Shown here: positions 27,643 to 37,557 of the stretch, piece after piece | Layout of the letters: each line of letters starts with the position of its first letter | How positions within the stretch are numbered: the stretch's first letter is position 1 | IMG/VR virus record: IMGVR_UViG_2846178487_000001 | Span: 4,978-68,977 of that record | Length of the DNA: 64,000 bases | Direction: 5' to 3' (one strand) | From: a virus | Taxonomy: Duplodnaviria > Caudoviricetes | Program-made: the position numbers and the translations under genes | Notes under the pieces: generated by a model | The model's input: the letters and a program-made list of their open reading frames with translations, nothing else | What the model was told of the DNA's origin: nothing | Database searches by the model: none

Positions 27643-27809
27643 AGGGACCAAGAGGAACGGATTCTGCAAGAGTAGTTTCCGTAATTGAGACGCAGGCTCT
27701 TAGAGGAACCGGTAAAGAAGAGGATAAATGCAGGATAGTTACACAATATTGGGATTTTGATGGGAATTTACTTGCTGAAAATGATCCATGCGAAAAAGAA
27801 AAAGAGTAG
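27639..27809 (+). CDS. 56-aa hypothetical phage protein (not in ORF track)
   Basis: MKGPRGTDSARVVSVIETQALRGTG...QYWDFDGNLLAE; ATGA overlap. Confidence 0.6.
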   Translation: MKGPRGTDSARVVSVIETQALRGTGKEEDKCRIVTQYWDFDGNLLAENDPCEKEKE

Positions 27810-27813
27810 TTTC

Positions 27814-28485
27814 CTACTCAGTTTTCTTTCGTTCCTGTTGTTTTGCTTGATCAATGCCGATTATATCAGCAAAGAGTTCTTGTTGATTATGTCGTTCAAT
27901 ATACCATTGTTGGAGTAAAAGTTCGATTAACTTTATAAGTTTTTGAGCTTCATCTGGTTCGATATCGACAATAAGATTTATATCTTTTTCCATGTGGGCA
28001 CCAATATTCCCGATACGACGAACACCGTCTAAAACAGCCCATTGATCTGCCGGAATTTTATCTTTAATAGCGTTAATTTCTTCGAAAAGATTGCTTTTAG
28101 AAATTTGGAAGAAATCACGAATCATACCTTGTAGACAACGGCGTGATAAAGTCGCTGATGCTTTGGGACTTAAATGAAGAATGGCAGATGCTTCTTCGTA
28201 GTCAGACCTAATTGCCAATGGTATGTAATCAGGATACTTGCGAGCCAGTGATTTGGGGCGAATGGCAATTTCGACATCCTTAACAGTACGTCCAACTCCG
28301 GTGGCAAAAATTGTGTATTCTTTGCAATTTGGGCATTGGTAAAAGGTCATATTTAAACATGAGTCAGATGGCTTGTCCGAATTAAACGATTCATTTGAGC
28401 TAAAAAACGATGGTCGATAAATCCTGCGAGTATCAGATGTTACAGCCATTACTGCTGAACAAAAAGGGCATTGAAAACCAGACAT
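27814..28485 (-). CDS. DUF4145-domain (HEPN-like) protein with N-terminal Zn motifs
   Basis: CPFC, CPNC; DYEEAS..LSPKASATLSRRCLQGMI; VRRIGNIGAH; own promoter TTGTAC-17-TATAAT (28547-28519). Confidence 0.85.
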   Translation of the reverse strand: MSGFQCPFCSAVMAVTSDTRRIYRPSFFSSNESFNSDKPSDSCLNMTFYQCPNCKEYTIFATGVGRTVKDVEIAIRPKSLARKYPDYIPLAIRSDYEEASAILHLSPKASATLSRRCLQGMIRDFFQISKSNLFEEINAIKDKIPADQWAVLDGVRRIGNIGAHMEKDINLIVDIEPDEAQKLIKLIELLLQQWYIERHNQQELFADIIGIDQAKQQERKKTE

Positions 28486-28592
28486 AATTAATCATTCCTT
28501 TCACTATTTGATAGGACGATTATACCAGAAAACTGCAACAAGTACAAACCGTACCACATAACATGAAATAAGAAACACAGGAGGGCAGGAAG

Positions 28593-28748
28593 ATGATTGT
28601 AGAGACAATAACCAACAATGGCTGTACCTGCCATATCTCAGACGATGCGTACCGGGATAAGACCCCGGAAGAAGTGAGCCGGATTGTCCGGAACTTCTCG
28701 GATTTCATTGTTGGGAGATTAAAGGACTTAAAGGAGAAAACCGCTTAG
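28593..28748 (+). CDS. 51-aa hypothetical phage protein (not in ORF track)
   Basis: MIVETITNNGCTCHISDDAYRDKTPEEV; RBS aggagg. Confidence 0.6.
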   Translation: MIVETITNNGCTCHISDDAYRDKTPEEVSRIVRNFSDFIVGRLKDLKEKTA

Positions 28749-28771
28749 GCGGTAGAAAGGAGGACAAGCCC

Positions 28772-28861
28772 ATGAGAGTTAGAGACTGGATAGTGGTAGG
28801 ACTGCTGATGAACGGACTGCCAATGGTTATGTTTCTTCATTGGCTGGTCGTGGGATATTAG
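28772..28861 (+). CDS. 29-aa hydrophobic peptide
   Basis: MRVRDWIVVGLLMNGLPMVMFLHWLVVGY; RBS aaaggagg. Confidence 0.5.
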   Translation: MRVRDWIVVGLLMNGLPMVMFLHWLVVGY

Positions 28862-28863
28862 AC

Positions 28864-29016
28864 ATGAAAAGAAAATGGACAATGAAAAGGATTGTGGACA
28901 CGTTATTCGTGCTGGTAATCCTGGGAGACATTGCAACAGTGATAATGTTCGTGATGATCTCCATCAAGATTCTGAAAATGCAGGAGGTGATCACATGGCT
29001 GATACAGCAAGCTTAA
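28864..29016 (+). CDS. 50-aa membrane peptide
   Basis: MKRKWTMKRIVDTLFVLVILGDIATVIMFVMISI. Confidence 0.45.
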   Translation: MKRKWTMKRIVDTLFVLVILGDIATVIMFVMISIKILKMQEVITWLIQQA

Positions 29017-29192
29017 AAGAAATCTTATTCCGGCATAGTGCGGAGCAGTGCAAGGTGTGTGAAGCTATTCCATTTGACCAGATTGGACATCAAATCGAGT
29101 ATGAAAAGTTCAAAATGCTCCATGAGGTTATTGAGGAAGCTGACCTGGAGGACGAGTACCAGGAATGGAGACGGGCTTACGGATATGTATAG
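28995..29192 (+). CDS. Hypothetical early protein
   Basis: RBS aggaggtga before MADTASLKE. Confidence 0.6.
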   Translation: MADTASLKEILFRHSAEQCKVCEAIPFDQIGHQIEYEKFKMLHEVIEEADLEDEYQEWRRAYGYV

Positions 29193-29207
29193 GAAGGTGG
29201 CGAGGAT

Positions 29208-29411
29208 ATGGAAGATAAGCAGAAGATTCTGGATTTGCTGTTACCTGCTCTTCAGGCGACTCGTAATCTGGCTGATCTGGTAGAACTGGAGTACCGGGAA
29301 GACCGAGAGCTGGTGTATGCGAAGTTTGCAAGCGGGAATCAGAAGATTGCCAATGTTGCAATGGATTCCGGAACAGCACTGATCAGAGACGTGATCGGGC
29401 AGATTATATAA
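29208..29411 (+). CDS. Hypothetical phage protein
   Basis: MEDKQKILDLLLPALQATR...NVAMDSG. Confidence 0.65.
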   Translation: MEDKQKILDLLLPALQATRNLADLVELEYREDRELVYAKFASGNQKIANVAMDSGTALIRDVIGQII

Positions 29412-29462
29412 AAAAGAGCGCTCATAAAAGCCGGCAAGCTTTAAGCGCTCAAGAAATAAGTC
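29410..29462 (-). ncRNA. Candidate ~53-nt antisense sRNA
   Basis: Minus-strand TTGACT(29497)-17-TATAAT(29474), then gagcgct/agcgctc hairpin and T6. Confidence 0.6.
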
Positions 29463-29497
29463 AATTATATTATAAGAAAATAGGAGAAATAAGTCAA

Positions 29498-29764
29498 ATG
29501 GCAATTAGAGACGTAGAAGTAAAAATCCAGTTGTCTGAACTGGAAAATGTAGTTATGGTCGCACATTCTGAGGCAATGAAGGCAGCAGGACTGTCACCAG
29601 AAGGAAATATGAAAGCCGCTAATATAACTGCTGTAATGGTAAGTAAGATGAGGAATCATCTGACAGGGGTGGAGTTGCTTCCAGAAAAGAAGATGAGACG
29701 GGCAAGAATATTCGATGCATTGACTGATATTATATTTGAAGGAGGCAGTGATAATGGCAGATAG
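29498..29764 (+). CDS. Hypothetical protein heading the replication cluster
   Basis: RBS aggag, ATG 29498. Confidence 0.65.
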   Translation: MAIRDVEVKIQLSELENVVMVAHSEAMKAAGLSPEGNMKAANITAVMVSKMRNHLTGVELLPEKKMRRARIFDALTDIIFEGGSDNGR

Positions 29765-31064
29765 TATTAAAATCAACAAGCTTGAAATTGAGAATGTAAA
29801 GCGTATCAAGGCTGTGAAGATTGAGCCAACCAAAAACGGCCTGACAATCGTTGGTGGAAATAATAACCAGGGGAAGACTTCTGTATTGGATTCTATTGCA
29901 TGGGCGCTTGGTGGAGACAGATATAAACCGTCTGAGGCGACCAGGAATGGTTCTGTAGTACCGCCAAACTTACATATTGTGATGAGCAATGGGTTAGTGA
30001 TAGAGCGCAAGGGCAAGAACAGCAGTTTAAAGGTAACGGACCCGAATGGAAACAAGGGAGGTCAGCAGTTGCTTAACGATTTTGTGGAGCAGTTAGCTCT
30101 CGATCTTCCCAAATTCATGGATGCTTCTGGAAAAGAAAAAGCTCAGACTTTGTTAAAGATCATTGGTGTGGGAGACCAGTTGACTGCTTTAGAACAGCAG
30201 GAAAAAGAGCTTTACAATGAGAGATTGTATGTCGGACGTACTGCAGATCAGAAAATGAAGTATGCAAAAGAACAACCATATTATCCGGAAGCACCAAAGG
30301 ATTTGATATCTCCATCAGATCTGATTAAACAGCAGCAGGAAATTCTTGCAAGAAACGGAGAAAATCAGAAGAAACGTGAGCGTGCAGATCATTTCAAACA
30401 ATCTGTATTATTTCTCAATCAAGAAGTTTATGCGATGAGAGAACAGCTTGAGAAAAAAGAAAGTGAGCTGAAAGAAGCTCAGAATAATTTGCAGATTGCA
30501 TTAACATCAGCGGAGGGATTACAGGACGAATCAACAGCAGAACTGGAAGAAAGTATTGCCAATATCGAAGAAATCAATCGCAAAGTCAGAGCCAATCTGG
30601 ACAAGGACAAAGCGGAAGAGGATTTCAGAACGTATCAGGATCAGTATACAGAACTGACAAAGAAAATTGAATCAGTACGGGATGAAAAAACGAATCTTTT
30701 AAATACTGCTGACCTGCCACTTCCAGAGCTGTCTGTAAAAGACGGTGAGCTGGTGTACAAAGGACAGCAGTGGGATAACATGTCAGGTTCTGACAGACTT
30801 AAGGTATCCACTGCGATTGTCCGGAAACTGAATCCAAAGTGTGGATTCGTGTTATTGGACAAGCTGGAGCAGATGGATCTTGATACCCTACATGAGTTTG
30901 GCCAGTGGCTAGAACAGGAAGGGCTCCAGGCAATTGCTACAAGAGTCAGCACTGGAGACGAATGCAGCATCATTATCGAGGATGGATATGTCAAAGGCGA
31001 AGAAGCCGGTAATACAAATCCGGAACATCAGACAGCTCCGACATGGAAAGCAGGTGTATTTTAA
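29754..31064 (+). CDS. SMC-like AAA ATPase with coiled coil
   Basis: GGNNNQGKTS, long coiled coil, MSGS, LLDKLE. Confidence 0.85.
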   Translation: MADSIKINKLEIENVKRIKAVKIEPTKNGLTIVGGNNNQGKTSVLDSIAWALGGDRYKPSEATRNGSVVPPNLHIVMSNGLVIERKGKNSSLKVTDPNGNKGGQQLLNDFVEQLALDLPKFMDASGKEKAQTLLKIIGVGDQLTALEQQEKELYNERLYVGRTADQKMKYAKEQPYYPEAPKDLISPSDLIKQQQEILARNGENQKKRERADHFKQSVLFLNQEVYAMREQLEKKESELKEAQNNLQIALTSAEGLQDESTAELEESIANIEEINRKVRANLDKDKAEEDFRTYQDQYTELTKKIESVRDEKTNLLNTADLPLPELSVKDGELVYKGQQWDNMSGSDRLKVSTAIVRKLNPKCGFVLLDKLEQMDLDTLHEFGQWLEQEGLQAIATRVSTGDECSIIIEDGYVKGEEAGNTNPEHQTAPTWKAGVF

Positions 31065-32200
31065 TGGAGATAACAAAAGGAAAGATTCAGAAAGCAAAAA
31101 AAGTTGTGATTTATGGTCCAGAAGGAATTGGTAAATCAACGTTTGCAGCACAGTTTCCAGGAGCGGTATTTATTGATACTGAAGGCAGTACAAATGATAT
31201 GGATGTGGCAAGACTTCCACGCCCTACCAGTTGGAATATGCTTCTGGACGAGATTAATTATATAAAAACACATCCGGCGGAATGCAAGACTTTAATTATC
31301 GATACAATTGACTGGGCGGAATCACTTTGCGTGGAACATATCTGTGCAATTCACGACAAGAAAGGTATTGAAGATTTTGGCTATGGAAATGGATATGTGT
31401 ATGCTAAGGAAGAATTTGGACGTTTTCTGAATAAGCTGTCTGATTTGATAGAGATTGGTATCAATGTAGTTTTAACGGCACATGCACAGCTTCGGAAATT
31501 CGAACAGCCTGATGAACTTGGAGCTTATGACCGTTGGGAGCTGAAGCTTGGGAAAAAGACACAGTCCCAGACTTCCCCATTGGTGAAGGAATGGGCAGAT
31601 ATGCTGCTCTTTGCGAATTACAAAACATTTTCTATTGCTGTGGGGAAAGACGGTAAGAAGCATAAGGGACAAGGTGGAAAACGTACCATGTACACACAGC
31701 ATCACCCATGTTGGGATGCTAAGAACCGGTACGGATTACCAGAAGAATGTGAGTTTGATTACTCTGTAATTGCAGACATCATTGGAGGTACGAACACCGT
31801 AGCGCCTGAACCGGTAAAAGAAGGGAAACAGCAGATTGAGATTCAGAAGCCAGCTAAAGATAATGACTTCATGAATATTCCAAAAAACATAGATGAAAAG
31901 GTTGATTTTGACACCGGAGAAAAAATTGAAGAAACCAAGAAAGAACCTAAAGTTGAAGATTCTGTATTCCATATCGCGGACTATATTCCAAAAGCATTGA
32001 GAGATTTAATGTATCCGAATTTGGTTTCGGAGGAGGAACTTATGGAAGCTGTGTATCAGAGAGGATTTTTCCCAAGAGGGACGCCTTTTCAGAATCTGCC
32101 ACAGGAGTTTGTGGAAGGCTGCCTGATTGGAGCGTGGCCACAGGTATTAGATGTAATCAAGACAATACGGAGCAGTTATGAAGTTCCGTTCGATAAATAG
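31064..32200 (+). CDS. AAA_24 / Sak4-like ATPase (phage recombination)
   Basis: YGPEGIGKST, IIDTIDWAE, AKNR. Confidence 0.85.
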   Translation: MEITKGKIQKAKKVVIYGPEGIGKSTFAAQFPGAVFIDTEGSTNDMDVARLPRPTSWNMLLDEINYIKTHPAECKTLIIDTIDWAESLCVEHICAIHDKKGIEDFGYGNGYVYAKEEFGRFLNKLSDLIEIGINVVLTAHAQLRKFEQPDELGAYDRWELKLGKKTQSQTSPLVKEWADMLLFANYKTFSIAVGKDGKKHKGQGGKRTMYTQHHPCWDAKNRYGLPEECEFDYSVIADIIGGTNTVAPEPVKEGKQQIEIQKPAKDNDFMNIPKNIDEKVDFDTGEKIEETKKEPKVEDSVFHIADYIPKALRDLMYPNLVSEEELMEAVYQRGFFPRGTPFQNLPQEFVEGCLIGAWPQVLDVIKTIRSSYEVPFDK

Positions 32201-32213
32201 GAGGTAAATGTAA

Positions 32214-32657
32214 ATGAGTGATGAAGTAAAAGGAAGAGAGTTAGGCTGGGATGATGAAGTTGATAAAGGAGCGGACTATGTGCTCCTCCCGGAAGGAGAA
32301 TATGATTTCACGATTGAGAGCTTTGAGCGTGGACGTTTCGAGGGTAGTGATAAAGCACCAGCGTGTCCAAGAGCAGAGTTGAAAGTAAAAGTGGAGACAC
32401 CGGAGGGAGTGTGTCTCATGAATGAGAGCCTGTTGCTGTATGACCGCATGCAGTGGAAGCTTGCTGAGTTCTTCTTATCCATTGGGGCAGAAGAAGTCAA
32501 TGGCAAAGTGAAGATGAACTGGAACATTGTTCCGAGAGCCACAGGGCGTGCAATTATTGAACAGCGTGCAGACCGCAAGGATCCTACCAAGAAGTATAAC
32601 CATGTGAAGAAGTTCCTCCCGAAAGCAAAGAAAGAATATAAGGCAGGATCGTTCTAA
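32214..32657 (+). CDS. DUF669-like ssDNA-binding protein
   Basis: LLPEGEYDFTI; position after Sak4-like gene. Confidence 0.7.
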   Translation: MSDEVKGRELGWDDEVDKGADYVLLPEGEYDFTIESFERGRFEGSDKAPACPRAELKVKVETPEGVCLMNESLLLYDRMQWKLAEFFLSIGAEEVNGKVKMNWNIVPRATGRAIIEQRADRKDPTKKYNHVKKFLPKAKKEYKAGSF

Positions 32658-34243
32658 TGGAACTTAGACCATATCAACAGCAAGCAAAAGATGCCATTTT
32701 TTCTGAGTGGGGAAATGGCATTAAAAAAACTCTGCTTGTGTTGCCGACTGGATGCGGAAAGACCATTGTCTTCGCAAAAGTTGCGGAAGAATGTGTTAAG
32801 GGAGGAAGCCGTGTCTTGATATTGGCACACAGAGGCGAGCTGCTTGACCAGGCGGCAGATAAGATCGGTAAATCAACAGGACTTGGCTGTGCAACTGAAA
32901 AGGCAGAGCAGACTTGTATCGGTAGCTGGTTCCGGATCGTAGTAGGGTCCGTACAGAGCATGATGCGGGAAAAGCGATTGAATCAGTTCCCGAACAATTA
33001 TTTTAATACGATTATTATTGACGAAGCGCACCATTGTATTTCAGAAAGTTATCAGAAAGTATTGAGACATTTTCCGGATGCCGAGGTGCTGGGAGTAACA
33101 GCTACACCGGATCGTGGCGATATGCAGAACCTTGGTACTGTGTTTGAAAGTTTGGCTTACGAGTATACGTTACCAAGAGCTATCAAAGAGGGATATCTAT
33201 CCCCGATCAAGGCGGTAACGATTCCACTTAAGATTGATATGTCTGCAGTAGGAGTCCAGGCAGGAGATTTTAAGAGCGGTGATATTGCTACAGCATTAGA
33301 TCCATATCTGGAGAGCATTGCAGAAGAAATGGAGAAATACTGCAGTGATAAGAAGACAGTTGTTTTTCTTCCGCTTGTAAAGACCAGTCAGAAGTTCCGG
33401 GATATCTTGAATAACCATGGGTTTCGTGCTGCAGAGGTAAATGGAGACAGTAAAGATCGTGCTGAGATCTTAGAGGCATTCGATAAAGACCAGTACAATG
33501 TCCTGTGTAATTCGATGCTTCTTACAGAAGGCTGGGATTGTCCGAGCGTAGACTGCATTGTGGTATTAAGACCTACAAAAGTCAGAAGCTTGTATTGTCA
33601 GATGGTGGGACGCGGAACCAGATTGTCTCCGGAAACAAATAAGGACCACTTGTTATTATTGGATTTCTTATGGCACACAGAACGTCATGAACTTTGTCAC
33701 CCAGCGTCATTAATCTGCGAAAGTGCAGAAGTAGCGCAGAAAATGACAGAAAATATGGAAAAAGATGCCGGCTGCATTATGGATATCGAAGAAGCAGAAA
33801 GAACAGCATCAGAGGATGTGGTCGCTCAGAGAGAAGAAGCGCTTGCAAAACAGCTCTCAGAAATGAAACGGCGCAAGAAAAAGCTGGTGGATCCATTGCA
33901 GTTCGAAATGAGTATTCAAGCGGAAGATCTCTCTGGGTACGTGCCGGCTTTTGGCTGGGAAATGGCACCGCCTTCTGATAAGCAGAAGCAGACACTTGAG
34001 AAGCTGGGAATCCTTCCTGATGCAATTGAAAATGCAGGAAAAGCGTCAAAAATCTTAGATCGATTGGATAAGCGTAGACGAGAAGGGCTTACAACACCAA
34101 AGCAGATACGCTTCCTGGAAAGCAGAGGATTCCAGCATGTAGGGACTTGGCAGTTCGAAACAGCAAAGAACATGATTGACAGAATAGCTGGTAATGGCTG
34201 GAGAGTACCAAATGGTATTAATCCGGCAGAATATAGAGGATAA
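32657..34243 (+). CDS. Superfamily II DEAD/DEAH helicase
   Basis: LRPYQ, PTGCGKT, DEAHH, TATP, QMVGRGTR. Confidence 0.93.
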   Translation: MELRPYQQQAKDAIFSEWGNGIKKTLLVLPTGCGKTIVFAKVAEECVKGGSRVLILAHRGELLDQAADKIGKSTGLGCATEKAEQTCIGSWFRIVVGSVQSMMREKRLNQFPNNYFNTIIIDEAHHCISESYQKVLRHFPDAEVLGVTATPDRGDMQNLGTVFESLAYEYTLPRAIKEGYLSPIKAVTIPLKIDMSAVGVQAGDFKSGDIATALDPYLESIAEEMEKYCSDKKTVVFLPLVKTSQKFRDILNNHGFRAAEVNGDSKDRAEILEAFDKDQYNVLCNSMLLTEGWDCPSVDCIVVLRPTKVRSLYCQMVGRGTRLSPETNKDHLLLLDFLWHTERHELCHPASLICESAEVAQKMTENMEKDAGCIMDIEEAERTASEDVVAQREEALAKQLSEMKRRKKKLVDPLQFEMSIQAEDLSGYVPAFGWEMAPPSDKQKQTLEKLGILPDAIENAGKASKILDRLDKRRREGLTTPKQIRFLESRGFQHVGTWQFETAKNMIDRIAGNGWRVPNGINPAEYRG

Positions 34244-34246
34244 AAT

Positions 34247-36499
34247 ATGGAGCAACATACAGATTTGCAGGAAATAATTGAATATCTGAATCCATCAGAG
34301 CTTGATTACCAGGACTGGGTCAATGTGGGAATGGCATTGAAACATGAAGGGTATTCCGTAGAGGTATGGGATGCCTGGAGTAAGAATGACCATCGGTATC
34401 ATGCCGGGGAATGTGAGAAAAAATGGAATACTTTCCATGGTTCAAATTCTCCGGTCACGGCTGGAACGATTGTCCAGCTTGCTATGGATCACGGTTGGAA
34501 GCCGTCATATACAGCTTATGAGCTTGGCTGGGATGATGAAATCAGTGCAGAGGGTGTTGTAGTAGACTGTTCATGGGTCGAAGGAAAGGAAATCCATGAG
34601 CCGAGAAATTGGAATCCAGTAAATGAAATCATCAGGTATCTGGAAACATTATTCGACCCTAGCGAGAATGTAGGATATGTAACTGGAAGCTGGGAGAGAA
34701 CTGACGAGAAAGGTACAAAGTATTTGCCACAGAAAGGTTGTTGGGACCGTACTGCAGGTCAGTTGATTGAAGCGTTAAACGGATGTAATGGTGATGTAGG
34801 TGCGGTACTTGGTGATTATAAGGAAGAAGCAGGAGCATGGATCCGGTTTAACCCATTGGATGGAAAAGGCTGCAAGGGTGAAAATGTAACAGAATTCCGT
34901 TATGCATTGGTAGAGTCTGATGCCATGGATCTGGAACAGCAGAATGCAATTATCCGGGAGCTGGAGCTTCCGGTCGCATGCCTGGTTTTTTCCGGCAAGA
35001 AAAGCTTGCATGCTATCGTTCGTGTGGAAGCTACAGATTATAAAGAATATCAAAAACGTGTGGAGTATCTGTATGATATCTGTAAGAAAAACGGTTTGAT
35101 TATTGACACTCAAAATAAGAATCCGTCACGACTGTCAAGACTTCCGGGAGTGATGCGTGCAGGAAAAAAGCAGTATATTATTGACACGAATATTGGAAAA
35201 AACAGCTGGCAGGAGTGGTATGAGTGGATAGAATCCGTGAATGATGATCTGCCAGATACAGAGTCTCTTGAGAATGTTTGGAACGATTTGCCGGAGCTTG
35301 CACCGCCACTTATTGAGAACGTATTGAGACAGGGACATAAGATGCTGATTGCCGGTCCGTCTAAAGCTGGTAAGTCATTTGCACTGATAGAGCTTTGTAT
35401 TGCCATTGCAGAGGGGCGCAGATGGTTCAGTTGGAACTGCAGTCAGGGACGGGTATTATATGTGAATTTGGAATTGGACAGAGCGTCCTGTTTACATAGA
35501 TTCAAGGACGTATATGAAGCATTGGGCTGGTCAGCGAGAAATCTTTCCAATATCGATATCTGGAATCTGAGAGGTAAGTCGATACCGATGGACAAGCTTG
35601 CACCGAAGCTGATCAGACGAGCCGCAAAAAAGAATTATATGGCTATCATTATAGATCCTATTTACAAGGTCATTACTGGTGATGAGAACAGTGCTGATCA
35701 GATGGCTAATTTCTGTAATCAGTTCGATAAGGTATGTACAGAATTAGGTTGTGCAGTCATCTACTGCCATCATCACAGCAAAGGAAGCCAGGGCGGAAAA
35801 CGTTCTATGGACCGTGCATCTGGTTCCGGTGTATTTGCCAGAGATCCGGATGCTATGCTTGATCTGATTGAGCTTGACGTGACCGATGATTTGCGAAAAC
35901 AGGAACAGAATAAGACGGTATGCGCTGCATGCCAGCGATATTTGGACAGTCATTTTGAATGGGAAGACGACCTGTCACAGGATGATTTATGCAGCCAGGT
36001 ACAGATGATGAGCTACTGTAAGGAGCATCTGTCACCGATGCAGATGAGAGAGCTGCAGGAACACATAGACGCAGATCTGGCGGTGGCGAACACGAAGACA
36101 GCATGGAGAATCGATGGAACGTTGCGTGAGTTCCCGAAGTTCAAGCCAGTCAATTTGTGGTTCGATTATCCGATACACCATACGGATCAGTCGGGTGTAC
36201 TGGACGATATTCAGCCAGAAGATGAAAAGCCGAACTGGAAAAAAGGACTGGAAGCAAGAAAGAAACAGGGCGAGTCTCAGAGGAAGAACAAGCAGGCAAA
36301 AGTAGACATGGCAATCGAAAGTTTTAAGTTCGAACATCATGATACATACCCAACTGTGAAGGAGTTATACGAGCAGATCAAGAGCAGTTCGGAAGCAGTT
36401 GGAGAGAAATATCCGGCAGAAAAAACGCTTTGGAACTCATTAAAAAAGTATGGGTATACGACAGACAAAGAGACAAAAAGGATTATCCCGTTACCATAA
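34247..36499 (+). CDS. Primase-helicase (PriCT-2-like N-terminus, AAA_25 helicase, C-terminal HTH)
   Basis: YQDWVNVGMALK, ALVESD, SGKKSLH, GPSKAGKS, IIDP, HHHSKG. Confidence 0.88.
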   Translation: MEQHTDLQEIIEYLNPSELDYQDWVNVGMALKHEGYSVEVWDAWSKNDHRYHAGECEKKWNTFHGSNSPVTAGTIVQLAMDHGWKPSYTAYELGWDDEISAEGVVVDCSWVEGKEIHEPRNWNPVNEIIRYLETLFDPSENVGYVTGSWERTDEKGTKYLPQKGCWDRTAGQLIEALNGCNGDVGAVLGDYKEEAGAWIRFNPLDGKGCKGENVTEFRYALVESDAMDLEQQNAIIRELELPVACLVFSGKKSLHAIVRVEATDYKEYQKRVEYLYDICKKNGLIIDTQNKNPSRLSRLPGVMRAGKKQYIIDTNIGKNSWQEWYEWIESVNDDLPDTESLENVWNDLPELAPPLIENVLRQGHKMLIAGPSKAGKSFALIELCIAIAEGRRWFSWNCSQGRVLYVNLELDRASCLHRFKDVYEALGWSARNLSNIDIWNLRGKSIPMDKLAPKLIRRAAKKNYMAIIIDPIYKVITGDENSADQMANFCNQFDKVCTELGCAVIYCHHHSKGSQGGKRSMDRASGSGVFARDPDAMLDLIELDVTDDLRKQEQNKTVCAACQRYLDSHFEWEDDLSQDDLCSQVQMMSYCKEHLSPMQMRELQEHIDADLAVANTKTAWRIDGTLREFPKFKPVNLWFDYPIHHTDQSGVLDDIQPEDEKPNWKKGLEARKKQGESQRKNKQAKVDMAIESFKFEHHDTYPTVKELYEQIKSSSEAVGEKYPAEKTLWNSLKKYGYTTDKETKRIIPLP

Positions 36500-36500
36500 A

Positions 36501-36764
36501 TTTTTAGGTGGTGGGAACATTCCCAGTTTCTAAAAAATCAAGGTAGTGGGAATCTTCCCGATTTTCTTCCCATTTTCTAGTTTTTAGGTGGTGGGAACAT
36601 TCCCAGTTTCTAAAAAATCAAGGTAGTGGGAATCTTCCCGATTTTCTTCCCATTTTCTAGTTTTTAGGTGGTGGGAACATTCCCAGTTTCTAAAAAATCA
36701 AGGTAGTGGGAATCTTCCCGATTTTCTTCCCATTTTCTAGTTTTTAGGTGGTGGGAACATTCCC
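36501..36764. repeat. 3.3 identical copies of an 80-bp unit, probable replication-origin iterons
   Basis: Units at 36501, 36581, 36661, partial at 36741; each has GGGAA-NN-TTCCC twice; followed by AT tract 36775-36800. Confidence 0.9.
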
Positions 36765-36946
36765 TCCCGGCACCTATATATACTACGTATATATCTATAT
36801 CGGGAATGGGAATGTGCGGGCACCCCCTTTAAAGTGTGGGGCGATTGAAGTACGCCCCCACACACAGGCGGGAGCCCACCCAGCACAGATCAGGGTTCAG
36901 GGATGAAGAAAAAGATTTAACACTTTAAAGAGGTGAAACGAATAAA

Positions 36947-37336
36947 ATGACAGAGTTTTTTATGGCAATGGAACCGCCAACAGTAACACACCAGGAACAC
37001 AAGGTCACAATCGTGAATGGCAGACCCGTGTTCTACGATCCGCCGGAATTGAAAGCTGCTAAGGAGAAATTGATTGGCAACCTATACAAGTATCGTATCA
37101 TGGAACCGTACAGAACAGGCGTGAGGTTGATTACAAAGTGGTGCTTTCCGAAGAAAAATCATAAGGACGGAGAATACAGGATCACAAAGCCAGACACAGA
37201 CAATCTGCAGAAGATGTTAAAAGACTGCATGACGTTGGTAGGCTTTTGGAAGGACGATGCACTGGTGGCGTCTGAGATTACTGAAAAGTTCTGGGCGGAG
37301 AAGCCTGGTATCTATATCCGGATAGAGGAGCTGTGA
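36947..37336 (+). CDS. rusA: RusA-family Holliday junction resolvase
   Basis: KPDTDNLQKMLKDCM, WKDDALV. Confidence 0.9.
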   Translation: MTEFFMAMEPPTVTHQEHKVTIVNGRPVFYDPPELKAAKEKLIGNLYKYRIMEPYRTGVRLITKWCFPKKNHKDGEYRITKPDTDNLQKMLKDCMTLVGFWKDDALVASEITEKFWAEKPGIYIRIEEL

Positions 37337-37557
37337 TGAAAGTAAAAGTAATGGCATTCCGAGAAGTGTATAAATTGTTCGTAGATGCCTGGATGTTGTA
37401 CAGGAAGTACAGTGCAAGAAAAGTAACTGATGCGGAATGTGAAGAAATGATACAAGAGGTGGATATGCTCCGGGAGCATTACCAATCAGAATTTGCAGAA
37501 GATTTGTTGGTATGTGTTCTGAGGGAAATATCCAAAAGTCAGAAGGGGGCGAAGTAA
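37333..37557 (+). CDS. Hypothetical phage protein
   Basis: Coupled ORF after rusA. Confidence 0.6.
   Translation: MMKVKVMAFREVYKLFVDAWMLYRKYSARKVTDAECEEMIQEVDMLREHYQSEFAEDLLVCVLREISKSQKGAK

Noticed and set aside
36501-36764. CRISPR array
   Set aside because: Units are identical over their full 80 bp, so there are no unique spacers; no cas genes
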